A stretch of 64,000 nucleotides of DNA from an uncultured SAR86 cluster bacterium (GTDB taxonomy: Bacteria > Pseudomonadota > Gammaproteobacteria > Magnimaribacterales > D2472). Each line of letters opens with the position of its first letter. Position 1 is the first letter of the stretch. A program made the translations under genes and the position numbers. Below the pieces are notes generated by a model that was given only the letters and a program-made list of their open reading frames with translations, was not told where the DNA came from and did no database searches. The DNA is taken from contig CACMFH010000003.1 in NCBI GenBank assembly GCA_902612915.1, positions 204 to 64,203 of the forward strand, read 5' to 3'. This document shows positions 1-10,137 of the stretch, piece by piece.

Positions 1-483
1 ATAATCTTTTGTTCTTAGGGAGGGATCTTTCTCTAACTCCTCTTTTGAATGTCTATTTACAAAAGGCATGTTTAATGTCTTGTTCGCTAAAAAAACAAAA
101 GGTATCCACCACAACTCTTTTTTCATAAAAAATTTTAAAAGAGGAATCTTATAATTTGCAGCAACTAGCAATACAAAAATATCTGCCCATGATTGATGAT
201 TCGACATGGCCATGTACCATTCGTCTAGAGCAAACTCTTTATTCTTTTCAATTAATTTAATGTTGTCACCATGCATGATAAGCATAATAATCTTAAGACC
301 ATAAACAGTGAGGTCTCCAATGAAGTTTGATACTTTACTGAGATGAATTTTAAATGCTTTTATAGGAATTATTGCTCTTGGTATATTAATTATTGCAAGA
401 GTGCCAAACCCTATTACGAGCTCTGATAATATTAAAATAAACGTAATTAAACCAATTAATATTGATTTGATTGTCGTCACCAC
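1..483 (-). CDS. PlsC/YihG-like lysophospholipid acyltransferase, N-terminal part (3' end lies beyond window start)
   Basis: Absent from the supplied ORF track because it runs off the edge and has a GTG start. My reverse-strand translation from 483 reads VVTTIKSILIGLITFILILSELVIGFG...EWYMAMSNHQSWADIFVLLVAANYKIPLLKFFMKKELWWIPF... This gives an N-terminal TM helix plus the NHxxxxD acyltransferase box. A GAGGG lies 10 nt upstream of GTG(483). Confidence 0.7.
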   Translation of the reverse strand, partial: MVTTIKSILIGLITFILILSELVIGFGTLAIINIPRAIIPIKAFKIHLSKVSNFIGDLTVYGLKIIMLIMHGDNIKLIEKNKEFALDEWYMAMSNHQSWADIFVLLVAANYKIPLLKFFMKKELWWIPFVFLANKTLNMPFVNRHSKEELEKDPSLRTKDY

Positions 484-497
484 TATATAAAGACCCT

Positions 498-1639
498 CTA
501 AAAACCGCTTAAGTTTGCATACCTCTCAGTATGATACTTTGCACTACCAAAAATCTGTTCAGTAACTCTAGCTCTTTTGAGAAAGAAACCAATATCATAT
601 TCATCAGTTACTCCAATACCACCATGCATTTGAATTGCCTCGTTGGATACTAAGTGGAGAGTTTCTCCTGCAACTGTTTTTGAAAGACTAGATAGTCTTT
701 GAAGTTCATTTGAATTTTCATCAGCTGCTCGCATAGCTGCTAATACTGAGGATTTTGTTAATTCTATCTCACAAAACATTTGAGCAGCTCTATGTTGCAG
801 TGCTTGAAAAGAACCTATCAATGCACCAAATTGTTTTCTTTGCTTTAAATAATCGAGAGTTATTTCAAAGGCGGATTCTGCATTTCCAAGCATTTCAGCA
901 GACATCGCAATTCTCCCAATATCCAGAATGCTCTCAACAGTTTCTCCTGCAGTTTCAAGATCTCCTAGTAGCGATGATTCATTGATACTAACATCATTAA
1001 AATATATATTTGCATAGTTTCTAGAATCTGCCATATCAAGTTTTTTTGCTTCAATGCCAGATTGATTCGAATCCATAATAAATAAAGATAAACCTGTTGA
1101 ATCACCCTTTGAACCAGATGTCCTTGCTAGAACAATTAGAAGATCAGCGCTGGCTCCATCAATTACAAATATCTTTTTACCACTTAAAGTAAAACCCGAG
1201 TTACTTTTTTTTTGCAATTAATTCAGTAGCATATGGGTCATGATGACTTGTTTCATCTACAGCAAGTGCTGTAGTGATTTCTCCATTAACAATTTTAGGC
1301 AGATAATTATTTTTCTGGTCATCATTTCCAAACTCAGAAATAGAATAAGCACCTAAAACACCTGTTGCAAAAAGTGGAGAGGGTGTCAGTGTTTTTGCAC
1401 ACTCTTGTAAAATGACACCAATACCAGTGACTCCAAAATTAGAACCTCCAAATTCTTCAGGAATTAATATTCCTGGCCAGCCAAGTTTTACCATTTCTGA
1501 CCAAATATCTTTATCCCATAATTTGCGATCATTATTATCTCTCAGGGATCTGAAATGAGATATTGGCGATCTTTCTTCAGCAAAGTTTTTTTGCTGTATC
1601 TTTAAGGAACTGTTCTTCTTCTGATAGTACTAATTTCAT
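498..1639 (-). pseudogene. Acyl-CoA dehydrogenase interrupted by two +1 frameshifts in homopolymer runs (or an assembly artefact)
   Basis: Three pieces are colinear parts of one ~379-aa ACAD: an ATG head at 1639 (MKLVLSEEEQFLKDTAKK), track ORF 1201..1494 (..MVKLGWPGILIPEEFGG..) and track ORF 498..1217 (..QMHGGIGVTDEYDIGFFLKRARV..). The frame changes fall in T7 (1586-1592) and T9 (1205-1213) on the + strand. Removing one base from each gives a single 1140-nt ORF. Confidence 0.8.
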
Positions 1640-1645
1640 CTATGA

Positions 1646-2839
1646 TCATTGACTTGGAAGTCCAAGTACTCTTTTAGAAATAACATTAAGTTGAACCTCT
1701 GAGGTTCCACCTTCAATTGAGTTTCCTTTAGTTCTAAGCCAAGCTCTTGTTAAATTCTTATCGTTATCATCAAATTCGTCACCATCCCATGCAACTCCAT
1801 TAATTCCTGAAGCGGCAACCATAAGCTCATGTCTTTTTTTATTATGTTCTGTTCCATAAAGTTTAAACATAGATGCTGTTGCGCTAGCTTTACCTCCTTC
1901 ATCTCCAGCTCTTTTTAAAGTAAGACCAAAAGCATGCTCTTTAATTTTATGTGATGATATTTCAGATCGGTAAAAGCCATTATTAATTTTCCCATTTTCT
2001 TCACCTAAATGCTTTTTAGCAATTGATACAATATCTCTTTTACTACCCATACCAGCAGCAAGACCAAAATTTGAAATGAAGGCTCTTTCATGTTGCAAAA
2101 GTTTTTTTGCAATAGTCCAACCAGCGTTTAACTCACCTATTAAGTTTTCTTTAGGAACCTCTACGTTATCAAAGAATGTTTCACAAAATGGCGATTTTCC
2201 AGATATAAGTGTAATAGGCTTTGTACTAACTCCTTTAGTAGCCATATCTATTAACAAAAAACTTATACCATCATGTTTTGGTTCTTTAGGACCTGTTCTT
2301 ACTAATGCAAATATCCAATCTGCTTTATCTGCATATGACGTCCACACCTTTTGACCATTTACTTGAAATTTCTCACCAATATCTTCTGCTTTTGTTGCAA
2401 GACTGGCTAAATCTGATCCTGATCCAGGTTCTGAGTATCCTTGACACCATCTTATTTCACCTTTAATAATTTTTGGTATATGTTCTTTTTTTTGTTCTTC
2501 AGAGCCGTACTCAAGCAATACAGGTGCAAGCATCCATATACCAAAACTCAGCAGAGGTTGTTTTGCACCAATTCTAAATAATTCTTCGTTAAGCACCTTT
2601 ACTTCATCTTTTGAAAGACCACCACCGCCATATTTCTTGGGTACAGTTGGCATAGTCCATCCTTTTTCACCCATTCTATCTAACCATAGTTTGGATTCAG
2701 GATTTTTATATTCTGCATTTCTGCCACCCCAAACCTCATCAACCGGTATTTTTGGATCTGCACCACTTCTCATCGAAGGAGGACAGTTTTTATCAAGCCA
2801 GTCTTTTGTTTCTTCTCTAAATTTTTCTAAATTAGTCAT
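1646..2839 (-). CDS. Acyl-CoA dehydrogenase family protein
   Basis: Long ORF with ACAD signatures (KYGGGGLS, WCQGYSEPGSGSDLASL, GGTSEVQLNVISKRVLGLP). The preferred start is ATG 2839 (MTNLEKFREETKDWL), typical of this subfamily. The track start at 2872 is also possible. Confidence 0.85.
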   Translation of the reverse strand: MTNLEKFREETKDWLDKNCPPSMRSGADPKIPVDEVWGGRNAEYKNPESKLWLDRMGEKGWTMPTVPKKYGGGGLSKDEVKVLNEELFRIGAKQPLLSFGIWMLAPVLLEYGSEEQKKEHIPKIIKGEIRWCQGYSEPGSGSDLASLATKAEDIGEKFQVNGQKVWTSYADKADWIFALVRTGPKEPKHDGISFLLIDMATKGVSTKPITLISGKSPFCETFFDNVEVPKENLIGELNAGWTIAKKLLQHERAFISNFGLAAGMGSKRDIVSIAKKHLGEENGKINNGFYRSEISSHKIKEHAFGLTLKRAGDEGGKASATASMFKLYGTEHNKKRHELMVAASGINGVAWDGDEFDDNDKNLTRAWLRTKGNSIEGGTSEVQLNVISKRVLGLPSQ

Positions 2840-2949
2840 ATTATTAATATTTGTTTTAGTTAAAATCATCAATATTATATGCGTATATTTAATTTTTTCG
2901 AGTATTGAAAATATAAAACTTATTAATACATTTTTTTATAAGTTGTATA

Positions 2950-3822
2950 ATGCGCGCTATGTTTAGAGAAATAGGCATATTAGTTAAAGAAGACTTATCT
3001 GACGGTATTGATAACGAAGCTGTTAATCTAATGATAAATTCGATATCAAATATAGATATTAATTTGTACATTGATAAGTCTTCAAATAACAAAAATGAAA
3101 ATTTTACTGTTCTTGAGCACAAGGAATTTGTAAAAAAAGTCGATATTGTTGTAGTTTTTGGTGGAGATGGCACTCTTTTGAATGCCGCAAGGAAGTATTT
3201 AAATTACGATATTCCTATTCTTGGAATTAATATGGGTAATGTAGGATTTCTTACCGATATAAGTACTGATAATTTTGAAAAAACTATCAAGGAAGTCTTG
3301 GATGGTAACTATAAAATTGAGGAAAGAAATTTAGTTTCTGCCAAATTTGGAAATAATCATTTATATGGTCTAAATGAGGTTGTTATCCACTCTGGTGCAT
3401 ATGCTCAGCTAATGAGATATCGGTTAAATGTAAACGACAAAGTTGTTTATGAGCAAAGGTCAGATGGTTTAATAATAGCCACCCCAACAGGATCGACTGC
3501 ATACGCTTTATCAGCAGGTGGTCCTATAATTCATCCAAGTTTAGATGTTTGGACAATTCTTCCGATGCTTCCTCAGAGCTTATCTTCAAGGCCCTTTGTA
3601 ATTTCTACAGATGAAAAGGTTGAAATGGATTTGTTTGATGGACCTAATGAAAATGCAAAAATTTGCGTTGATGGTCAAGACGATATTGATATTCCATATG
3701 GTGAGAAAATTTTAATATCTAAAATGGAGAAAACTTTAAAATTAGTTCATCCAAATGATAATGATTTTTTTGAGGCATGCAGAGAAAAGTTGGGTTGGAG
3801 CTTAAATATTTCTAAAAATTAA
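2950..3822 (+). CDS. nadK: NAD+ kinase
   Basis: Motifs VVVFGGDGTLLNAARK, NMGNVGFLTD and TPTGSTAYALSAGGPI are the NAD kinase fingerprint. Confidence 0.9.
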   Translation: MRAMFREIGILVKEDLSDGIDNEAVNLMINSISNIDINLYIDKSSNNKNENFTVLEHKEFVKKVDIVVVFGGDGTLLNAARKYLNYDIPILGINMGNVGFLTDISTDNFEKTIKEVLDGNYKIEERNLVSAKFGNNHLYGLNEVVIHSGAYAQLMRYRLNVNDKVVYEQRSDGLIIATPTGSTAYALSAGGPIIHPSLDVWTILPMLPQSLSSRPFVISTDEKVEMDLFDGPNENAKICVDGQDDIDIPYGEKILISKMEKTLKLVHPNDNDFFEACREKLGWSLNISKN

Positions 3823-3823
3823 A

Positions 3824-4450
3824 TTGAATATTTTTAAAAATTATCATATTCCAATTATTTTCATAGCAATTGTAATTGCATTAATCTCAAACTTTGGATC
3901 ATTAATTGCAGTTATAGAGCCTTTAACTTTTACAAAGATAATTATTTCCAATCAAGGATATGTATCTATTGCGGATCTAAATCAAACTTACTTTGAAGAC
4001 AATCAGTGGTGGAGAACAATAACGCCTATATTTATACATTTTTCGTTTGCTCATTTAGCATTTAATTGTTTATGGATATATATATTGGGAGAAAAGATTG
4101 AAAACATTGATGGATCATATACTTTTATAGTTCTTGTAATTTTCTCTGCAGTCCTAAGCAACTTTCTTCAATATGTATTTACCGACTCCAGCTTATTTGG
4201 AGGATTGTCTGGTGTAATTTATGGCTTAATTGGTTTTTGTATGATTCTTGAGTTCGAATCTAGATATGTAAGATATGATTTACCGCCTGCAATATATTTA
4301 TTTATGATTGTGTGGCTGCTTTTAGGATTTATAGGAATATTAGATTTATTTGGATTTGGCTCCGTAGCTAATTATGCTCACCTTGGCGGTCTTATTTCTG
4401 GAATTTTGTTTGCTATGATATATAAAAGTTTTTTTACGATGAGAATATAA
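3824..4450 (+). CDS. Rhomboid-family intramembrane serine protease
   Basis: Six predicted TM segments. It has a WR motif (NQWWRTITPIFIHFSFAHLAFN), the catalytic GLSG (FGGLSGVIYG) and AHLGG (catalytic His). TTG start sits 1 nt after the nadK stop. Confidence 0.8.
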   Translation: MNIFKNYHIPIIFIAIVIALISNFGSLIAVIEPLTFTKIIISNQGYVSIADLNQTYFEDNQWWRTITPIFIHFSFAHLAFNCLWIYILGEKIENIDGSYTFIVLVIFSAVLSNFLQYVFTDSSLFGGLSGVIYGLIGFCMILEFESRYVRYDLPPAIYLFMIVWLLLGFIGILDLFGFGSVANYAHLGGLISGILFAMIYKSFFTMRI

Positions 4451-4451
4451 A

Positions 4452-5312
4452 TTGATAAAAAAAGCAGTATTACCAGTTGCAGGCTTTGGTACAAGATTCT
4501 TACCAGCATCAAAAGCAACTCCCAAAGAGATGCTCCCAATTATTGATAAGCCTTTAGTCCAATATGCTGTTGAAGAGGCAATCGATAGTGGCATTAATGA
4601 AATTATTTTTATTACCAGTCCTGAGAAGCACTCAATTAAAAAACATTTCAAAACCAATAAAGATCTTGAGCTTAGATTACAAAATTCTAGCAAAGAGGAA
4701 ATGATTGAAAAGCTAAATCCTAAAAAATTTAGCAAGGTTAAGTTTTATTATATTTATCAATACGAACAGAATGGATTAGGCCATGCTGTCCTTCAAGCAG
4801 AAAGTGTAATTGGTAACAATTCTTTTGCAGTGTTGCTGCCAGATGACTTATTTTTTTCTAAAAAGTCTTGCTTGGATCAGTTAATAAATATATTTAAAGA
4901 AAAAAAATCTTCCGTTATTGCTGTTAATAAAATAGATGAAAATAATATCCATAAATATGGAGTTATTAAACCAGGAGAGCAAAACGAAGAAGCTATTAAA
5001 ATCGATGATATTATAGAAAAACCAGCTGCAGAGGATGCGCCCTCTGATATGGCAGTTTGCGGAAGATATATACTTAATCCTGCAATTTTTAAGCATTTAA
5101 AATTAACTAAGTCTGATAAATCTGGTGAAATTCAGTTAACCGATGCCATACGATCTCTCTTAAGTGAGGAAGATATATATGCAACTATATATAATGGGGA
5201 AAAATTTGATTGTGGTAGCAAGGAAGGCTTTGTTCATGCTACCATTGCGCTCGCCCTAAGAGATGAAACTATAAACAAAAAAATAAAAAAAATAATACAG
5301 GATATTGTTTGA
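4452..5312 (+). CDS. galU: UTP--glucose-1-phosphate uridylyltransferase
   Basis: N-terminus AVLPVAGFGTRFLPASKATPKEMLPIIDKPLVQYAVEEA is the GalU signature. TTG start. Confidence 0.9.
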   Translation: MIKKAVLPVAGFGTRFLPASKATPKEMLPIIDKPLVQYAVEEAIDSGINEIIFITSPEKHSIKKHFKTNKDLELRLQNSSKEEMIEKLNPKKFSKVKFYYIYQYEQNGLGHAVLQAESVIGNNSFAVLLPDDLFFSKKSCLDQLINIFKEKKSSVIAVNKIDENNIHKYGVIKPGEQNEEAIKIDDIIEKPAAEDAPSDMAVCGRYILNPAIFKHLKLTKSDKSGEIQLTDAIRSLLSEEDIYATIYNGEKFDCGSKEGFVHATIALALRDETINKKIKKIIQDIV

Positions 5313-6298
5313 ATTTTTTCTTAAAAATATTTAAATTTCTACCTCCGGAGTTTGCTCATTCTGCTTCATTAAATTCTCTAAATTTATTATATAAATCCAA
5401 GCTGTTAGTTTTATTTAACAAGAAATTTATTACTAAAAATGAACACACAATTTTTGGAATGAAATTTAGAAATAAACTTGGAACAGCAGCTGGTTTAGAT
5501 AAAAATGGGGATTATATAGATGCATTAGGTGCACTAGGATTTGGTTTCTTAGAGGTAGGAACTGTTACTCCAAGACCGCAATACGGCAATCCTAAACCTC
5601 GAATATTTCGTAACTATTCTGAAAATTCAATCATTAACAGACTTGGTTTTAATAATAAAGGCATTGATTATTTGGTTAATAATCTTAAAAGAAGAAAATA
5701 TGATGGAGTTGTAGGTGTAAATATTGGCGCAAACAAATCCTCTAAGGGTATTGAAAGAATAAACGACTACTTGCTTTGCATTGAAAAGATTCATAAGTTT
5801 GCAGATTACATAACAATAAATATATCTTCACCCAATACACCTGATTTGAGGGACTTCCATGTGAAGGAAAATTTACAAAATTTAGTTACTTCAGTAGAGA
5901 ACAAGATTGACAAGCTTGATTTTAAAAAACCAATTTTTTTAAAAATTTCTCCAGATGAGACTGATGAATCTATCAAAATGATAATTGATTTAGTTAAAAA
6001 ATCATCTATAACAGGACTGGTTGCCACAAACACAACAATTGATAAAGACAATCTTAATAATAAAAAATTAAAAAAAGAAGATGGTGGAGTTTCAGGTCAG
6101 CCTTTAATGGATAAGTCTACAAATAAAATTTCATTAATAAGATCAATATGTTCTGATATTCCAATTATTGGAGTAGGCGGCGTTATGAGTGAAGAAGATT
6201 ATTTATCTAAATTAAATGCTGGTGCAGATCTAGTTCAAATTTATACTGGATTTATTATTAAAGGCCCAAATTTGATTAATCAAATAGTTAGAGATTAA
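5309..6298 (+). CDS. pyrD: Dihydroorotate dehydrogenase (quinone), class 2
   Basis: Motifs GFGFLEVGTVTPRPQYGNPKPRIFR, NISSPNTPDLR and IIGVGGV. TTG start overlaps the galU stop by 4 nt. Confidence 0.9.
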   Translation: MNFFLKIFKFLPPEFAHSASLNSLNLLYKSKLLVLFNKKFITKNEHTIFGMKFRNKLGTAAGLDKNGDYIDALGALGFGFLEVGTVTPRPQYGNPKPRIFRNYSENSIINRLGFNNKGIDYLVNNLKRRKYDGVVGVNIGANKSSKGIERINDYLLCIEKIHKFADYITINISSPNTPDLRDFHVKENLQNLVTSVENKIDKLDFKKPIFLKISPDETDESIKMIIDLVKKSSITGLVATNTTIDKDNLNNKKLKKEDGGVSGQPLMDKSTNKISLIRSICSDIPIIGVGGVMSEEDYLSKLNAGADLVQIYTGFIIKGPNLINQIVRD

Positions 6299-6301
6299 GA
6301 G

Positions 6302-6745
6302 TTGGAATATTTTGTTTTTATATTAGCTATTCTTCTTCTTGCAGGCTCTATTTCAATTGCGATGCCCTCAAAATCCTCTAGAAAAATATCTAAAATAAGA
6401 ATGGAAGCTCAAATGATGGGAATAAAGATTTCCTCAACAATCTACGGTAAAAACAAATTTAAAAATAAAAATTCTAATCCAGTTAGCTATCAAATTAAAA
6501 ACACTACCTCATTTAAAGAAGGTCATTTTATTAGAGACAAAACTGATTTAATCTTGTATTCTCCTGTCAAACTTAAATATGAAGACAATTTTGAAAGCAT
6601 TGAAAAGCAGTTAAAAAATCTATCTAAGAGTATCGATGAACTCATTTTTACTGAATCTTTTATATTTTTTTTATGGAAAGAATTAGATGGATTAAAGGAA
6701 CTTAAGAATATTCTTGATGAATTAGGAAATTTAAAAAATTTTTAA
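6302..6745 (+). CDS. Hypothetical membrane-anchored protein
   Basis: 147-aa ORF with one N-terminal hydrophobic helix (FVFILAILLLAGSISIA), then a Lys-rich and coiled C-terminal part. I recognise no family. It fills the pyrD-topA gap in a genome with almost no non-coding DNA. Confidence 0.5.
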   Translation: MEYFVFILAILLLAGSISIAMPSKSSRKISKIRMEAQMMGIKISSTIYGKNKFKNKNSNPVSYQIKNTTSFKEGHFIRDKTDLILYSPVKLKYEDNFESIEKQLKNLSKSIDELIFTESFIFFLWKELDGLKELKNILDELGNLKNF

Positions 6746-6803
6746 AATAGACTTGCCAACATGAACCTTTTGATGATATTCATAAAAAAGGAAATTTTAG
6801 AAA

Positions 6804-9422
6804 ATGACAAAATCTTTAGTAATAGTTGAGTCTCCTGCAAAGGCAAAGACAATTTCGAAGTACTTAGGACCTGAGTATATTGTTGAGTCTAGTGTTGGGC
6901 ATATTAGAGATCTTCCAAAGAAAGGTGGCACAACTAGAACAAGGCTTGTTGTACCAAAAGATCTCAGTCCAGAGGAAAAAGTCAGACAAAAGGAAATCAA
7001 TGCTAGAAAAAGTTTAGTAAGAAGGATGGGTGTTGATCCTGATAATGGATGGGATGCTAATTGGCAAATAATACCTGAGAAAGAGAAGGTGCTGAAGGCT
7101 TTAAAAAAAGCCGCAAAGAATGTTGATAATATATATTTAGCGACAGATTTAGATAGAGAAGGTGAAGCAATTGCTTGGCACCTTAAAGAAGCTTTAGGAC
7201 CTCAAAAATATAATTACTCAAGAGTGAGATTTAATCAAATTACAAAAGATGCAATTATTGAGTCTTTCTCTGATCCAAAAGAAATAGACCTTAATCTGGT
7301 TAAAGCATACAGAGCTAGAAGATTTTTAGATAAAGTTATTGGTTTTGAATTATCTCCATTGCTTTGGAAAAAAATTGCACGAGGCTTATCAGCAGGAAGA
7401 GTTCAATCGGTTGCTTTAAGGCTTTTAGACGAAAGAGAACGATCTATCCAAGAATTTATTCCAGAAGAATATTGGGAAATTTCGTTTTCAGCCACTACTA
7501 ATAATGACGAAACAATTACATTTAATCTTGCAACTAAGAAAACAGATCCATTACTCTCAAAAGAAAAAGTTGAAACAATAAAACAACAAATAGAATCATG
7601 CAATTTATCAATAAATGAGATTTCTAAGAAGCCAGTAAAAGTCAAACCAAAGGCTCCTTTTATTACATCAACACTTCAACAATCTGCTAGCACAAGATTG
7701 GGTTTCAACGTAAAAAGAACCATGCGAGTTGCTCAAAAACTTTATGAAGCAGGCTTAATCACATATATGAGAACTGATGCTCCTAGTTTGAGTAAAGAAT
7801 CTATAAAAGATGCTAGAAGTTACATTAATGAAAATATTGGAGAGAAATATCTTACCAATGCTCCTAAAATTTATTCTAGTACTGAAAATGCTCAAGAGGC
7901 TCATGAGGCAGTTAGACCCACTAATGCTTATTTAAAGCCACAAGATGTAATGCATTTATCTGATGAAGAATCAAAACTGTATACATTGATTTGGCAAAGA
8001 TTTATTGCCTCTCAGATGCCTGACGCAGAATATTTATCTACATCTGCAAAGGTTTTTGTTGAGGAAAACATATTTATTGCAAGAGGTAGAGAAGTAGTTT
8101 TTGATGGATTCACAAAAATTCTTAAGAGTTCATCAAAGGAAGAGGATATTCTTCCAAATCTTCAAGAGAGCGATTCTCTCAAAAGAGAAACTATTGATCT
8201 CGAACAAAAATTTACTAAGCCTCCCTCAAGATTTTCTGAAGCAGCCCTTGTTAGAGAGTTAGAAAAAAAGGGTATAGGTAGACCATCAACTTATGCAAAC
8301 ATTATTTCAACTATTCAAGATAGAGGATATGTAGCCATTGAAAATAAAAGATTTTTTGTTAAAAAGATTGGTCATATTGTTGCGGAAAGGCTTATGGAGA
8401 GTTTTGATGACATCATGGACTATGACTTTACAGCAAACCTTGAAAATAATTTAGATAAAGTTGCAAATGGAGATGCTGATTGGCGTAGCATTCTAGATAA
8501 TTTTTACAAAGCATTTCAAAATGATCTTAATTCAGCTTCTGATGAATATGGTGGAATGAGACCCGGAAATATTCCAACAGAAACAAATATTACATGTCCT
8601 TGTGGGAAAACTAATATGGTAATAAGAAATTCTTCGAATGGTGTTTTTCTGGGATGTTCAGGTTATCAAAATTCTGGTGATGAGAAATGTAAAGAAACCC
8701 TTAATTTGATTTCAGGCGATGAAGCAATAAGCATTGACGATAATGAAGAAGTAGAAAATTTATTAATAAAGAAGAGATGCCCAAAATGTGAAACTAGTAT
8801 GGATAATTATTTGATTGACGAAAACAGAAAGCTTCATGTATGTGGAAAAAATCCTGATTGTGACGGTTATCTTGTAGAAGATGGTCAATTTAGAATAAAA
8901 GGATATGACGGTCCTATACTTGAATGTCATAAGTGTGGATCAGAGATGCAACTTAAAACTGGAAGATTTGGAAAATACTTTGGATGCTTAAATGACAATT
9001 GTGGGGCTACAAGAGCACTTCAAAGGAATGGTGAACCAAAACCTATCACAATGGAGCCAATAGAAATTAAAGATCTAAAATGCATAAAATGTGAGGATCA
9101 TTATTTACTAAGAGACAGCATGAAAGGTTTGTTCCTTGCTGCAAGCCAGTATCCAAAAAATAGAGAAACTAGAGCTCCGAAGGTTTCAGAAATAAATAGT
9201 CTGCGTGAAGAAATTATTGAAGCATGTAGGTTTTTACCAGATAAAGAAAAACATTTATATCTATTAGATGCTCCTGAGACCGACAAGGATGGAAATCCAT
9301 ATGTAATTAGATATAACAGAACAGAAGATACTCATTATGTTGCTTCTGAAAAAGACGGAAAAAAAACAAAATGGACTGCCACATATTCCAATGGGCAATG
9401 GGTTGAAAATCTAAAGAGTTAG
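6804..9422 (+). CDS. topA: DNA topoisomerase I
   Basis: TOPRIM N-terminus LVIVESPAKAKTISKYLG, active-site region GLITYMRTDA, and several C-terminal Cys4 zinc-ribbon repeats (CPCG..C, CPKC..C, CHKC..C). Confidence 0.95.
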   Translation: MTKSLVIVESPAKAKTISKYLGPEYIVESSVGHIRDLPKKGGTTRTRLVVPKDLSPEEKVRQKEINARKSLVRRMGVDPDNGWDANWQIIPEKEKVLKALKKAAKNVDNIYLATDLDREGEAIAWHLKEALGPQKYNYSRVRFNQITKDAIIESFSDPKEIDLNLVKAYRARRFLDKVIGFELSPLLWKKIARGLSAGRVQSVALRLLDERERSIQEFIPEEYWEISFSATTNNDETITFNLATKKTDPLLSKEKVETIKQQIESCNLSINEISKKPVKVKPKAPFITSTLQQSASTRLGFNVKRTMRVAQKLYEAGLITYMRTDAPSLSKESIKDARSYINENIGEKYLTNAPKIYSSTENAQEAHEAVRPTNAYLKPQDVMHLSDEESKLYTLIWQRFIASQMPDAEYLSTSAKVFVEENIFIARGREVVFDGFTKILKSSSKEEDILPNLQESDSLKRETIDLEQKFTKPPSRFSEAALVRELEKKGIGRPSTYANIISTIQDRGYVAIENKRFFVKKIGHIVAERLMESFDDIMDYDFTANLENNLDKVANGDADWRSILDNFYKAFQNDLNSASDEYGGMRPGNIPTETNITCPCGKTNMVIRNSSNGVFLGCSGYQNSGDEKCKETLNLISGDEAISIDDNEEVENLLIKKRCPKCETSMDNYLIDENRKLHVCGKNPDCDGYLVEDGQFRIKGYDGPILECHKCGSEMQLKTGRFGKYFGCLNDNCGATRALQRNGEPKPITMEPIEIKDLKCIKCEDHYLLRDSMKGLFLAASQYPKNRETRAPKVSEINSLREEIIEACRFLPDKEKHLYLLDAPETDKDGNPYVIRYNRTEDTHYVASEKDGKKTKWTATYSNGQWVENLKS

Positions 9423-9859
9423 TGGAATTTAAAGAATTATCAAATCTTTACCTAGATCTGTCAGAAGAGATTTTGAAAGATATTAATTTTGATAGCTCAC
9501 TAAAAGACAATCACAGGCAACTTCTTTTTATTTCATGTATTGAGAATAGTCTTGATTGTGAAGCAAATAATATCTATGAGATTTATAAAAATGATCTTGA
9601 GCCTATCGAAGAATTTAATTTTGAATCAAAATGGAAAAAACTTATGGAAATAAGCACCATAAAAAATATAGTAAATAGTGAGTTTGATCCAGATGGTCTT
9701 CTATCAATTTTACATGACTCAAAAGAAAGAGCTATTTCTGTTCCAGATACAAATATAATTTCAACTAATAAATTAAATGACTTGAAAAAATTTTCTTTGA
9801 TATTAAATAAATATAAATCATTTAAAGAGTTGCTTCGCAAATTACTCGATGAATGTTAA
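9422..9859 (+). CDS. Hypothetical protein (acidic, helical)
   Basis: 145-aa ORF whose GTG start overlaps the topA stop codon by 1 nt. No recognisable motif. Its position after topA may be conserved (see findings). Confidence 0.5.
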   Translation: MEFKELSNLYLDLSEEILKDINFDSSLKDNHRQLLFISCIENSLDCEANNIYEIYKNDLEPIEEFNFESKWKKLMEISTIKNIVNSEFDPDGLLSILHDSKERAISVPDTNIISTNKLNDLKKFSLILNKYKSFKELLRKLLDEC

Positions 9860-9879
9860 GCTGTAACGCAAGGAAAAAC

Positions 9880-10137
9880 ATGGCAAATTATCTAGAGCTA
9901 GCACAATTACCTGATGGAAGTATAGTACTTAGAAGATCAGACGATCACGACAATCCTATTGTAAAAATAGAATTCTCAAAGGAGTCTAAAGAATTCTTGA
10001 GAGGTCAAGAATTATCTGTTGCAAAAGAAATGATAAGAGCAGGAATTGAAAGTGTAAGTGGAAATGTTAGCGATTTAGATGAGTTTTTTGAGAAGCAAAG
10101 AGAAAGATTTTCAAAAAAACAAAATATTGTTCATTAA
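9880..10137 (+). CDS. Hypothetical small protein
   Basis: ATG at 9880 (MANYLELAQLPDG..) is preceded by AAGGA 5 nt upstream. The track start at 9853 lacks an SD. 85 aa, no recognisable motif. Confidence 0.5.
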   Translation: MANYLELAQLPDGSIVLRRSDDHDNPIVKIEFSKESKEFLRGQELSVAKEMIRAGIESVSGNVSDLDEFFEKQRERFSKKQNIVH

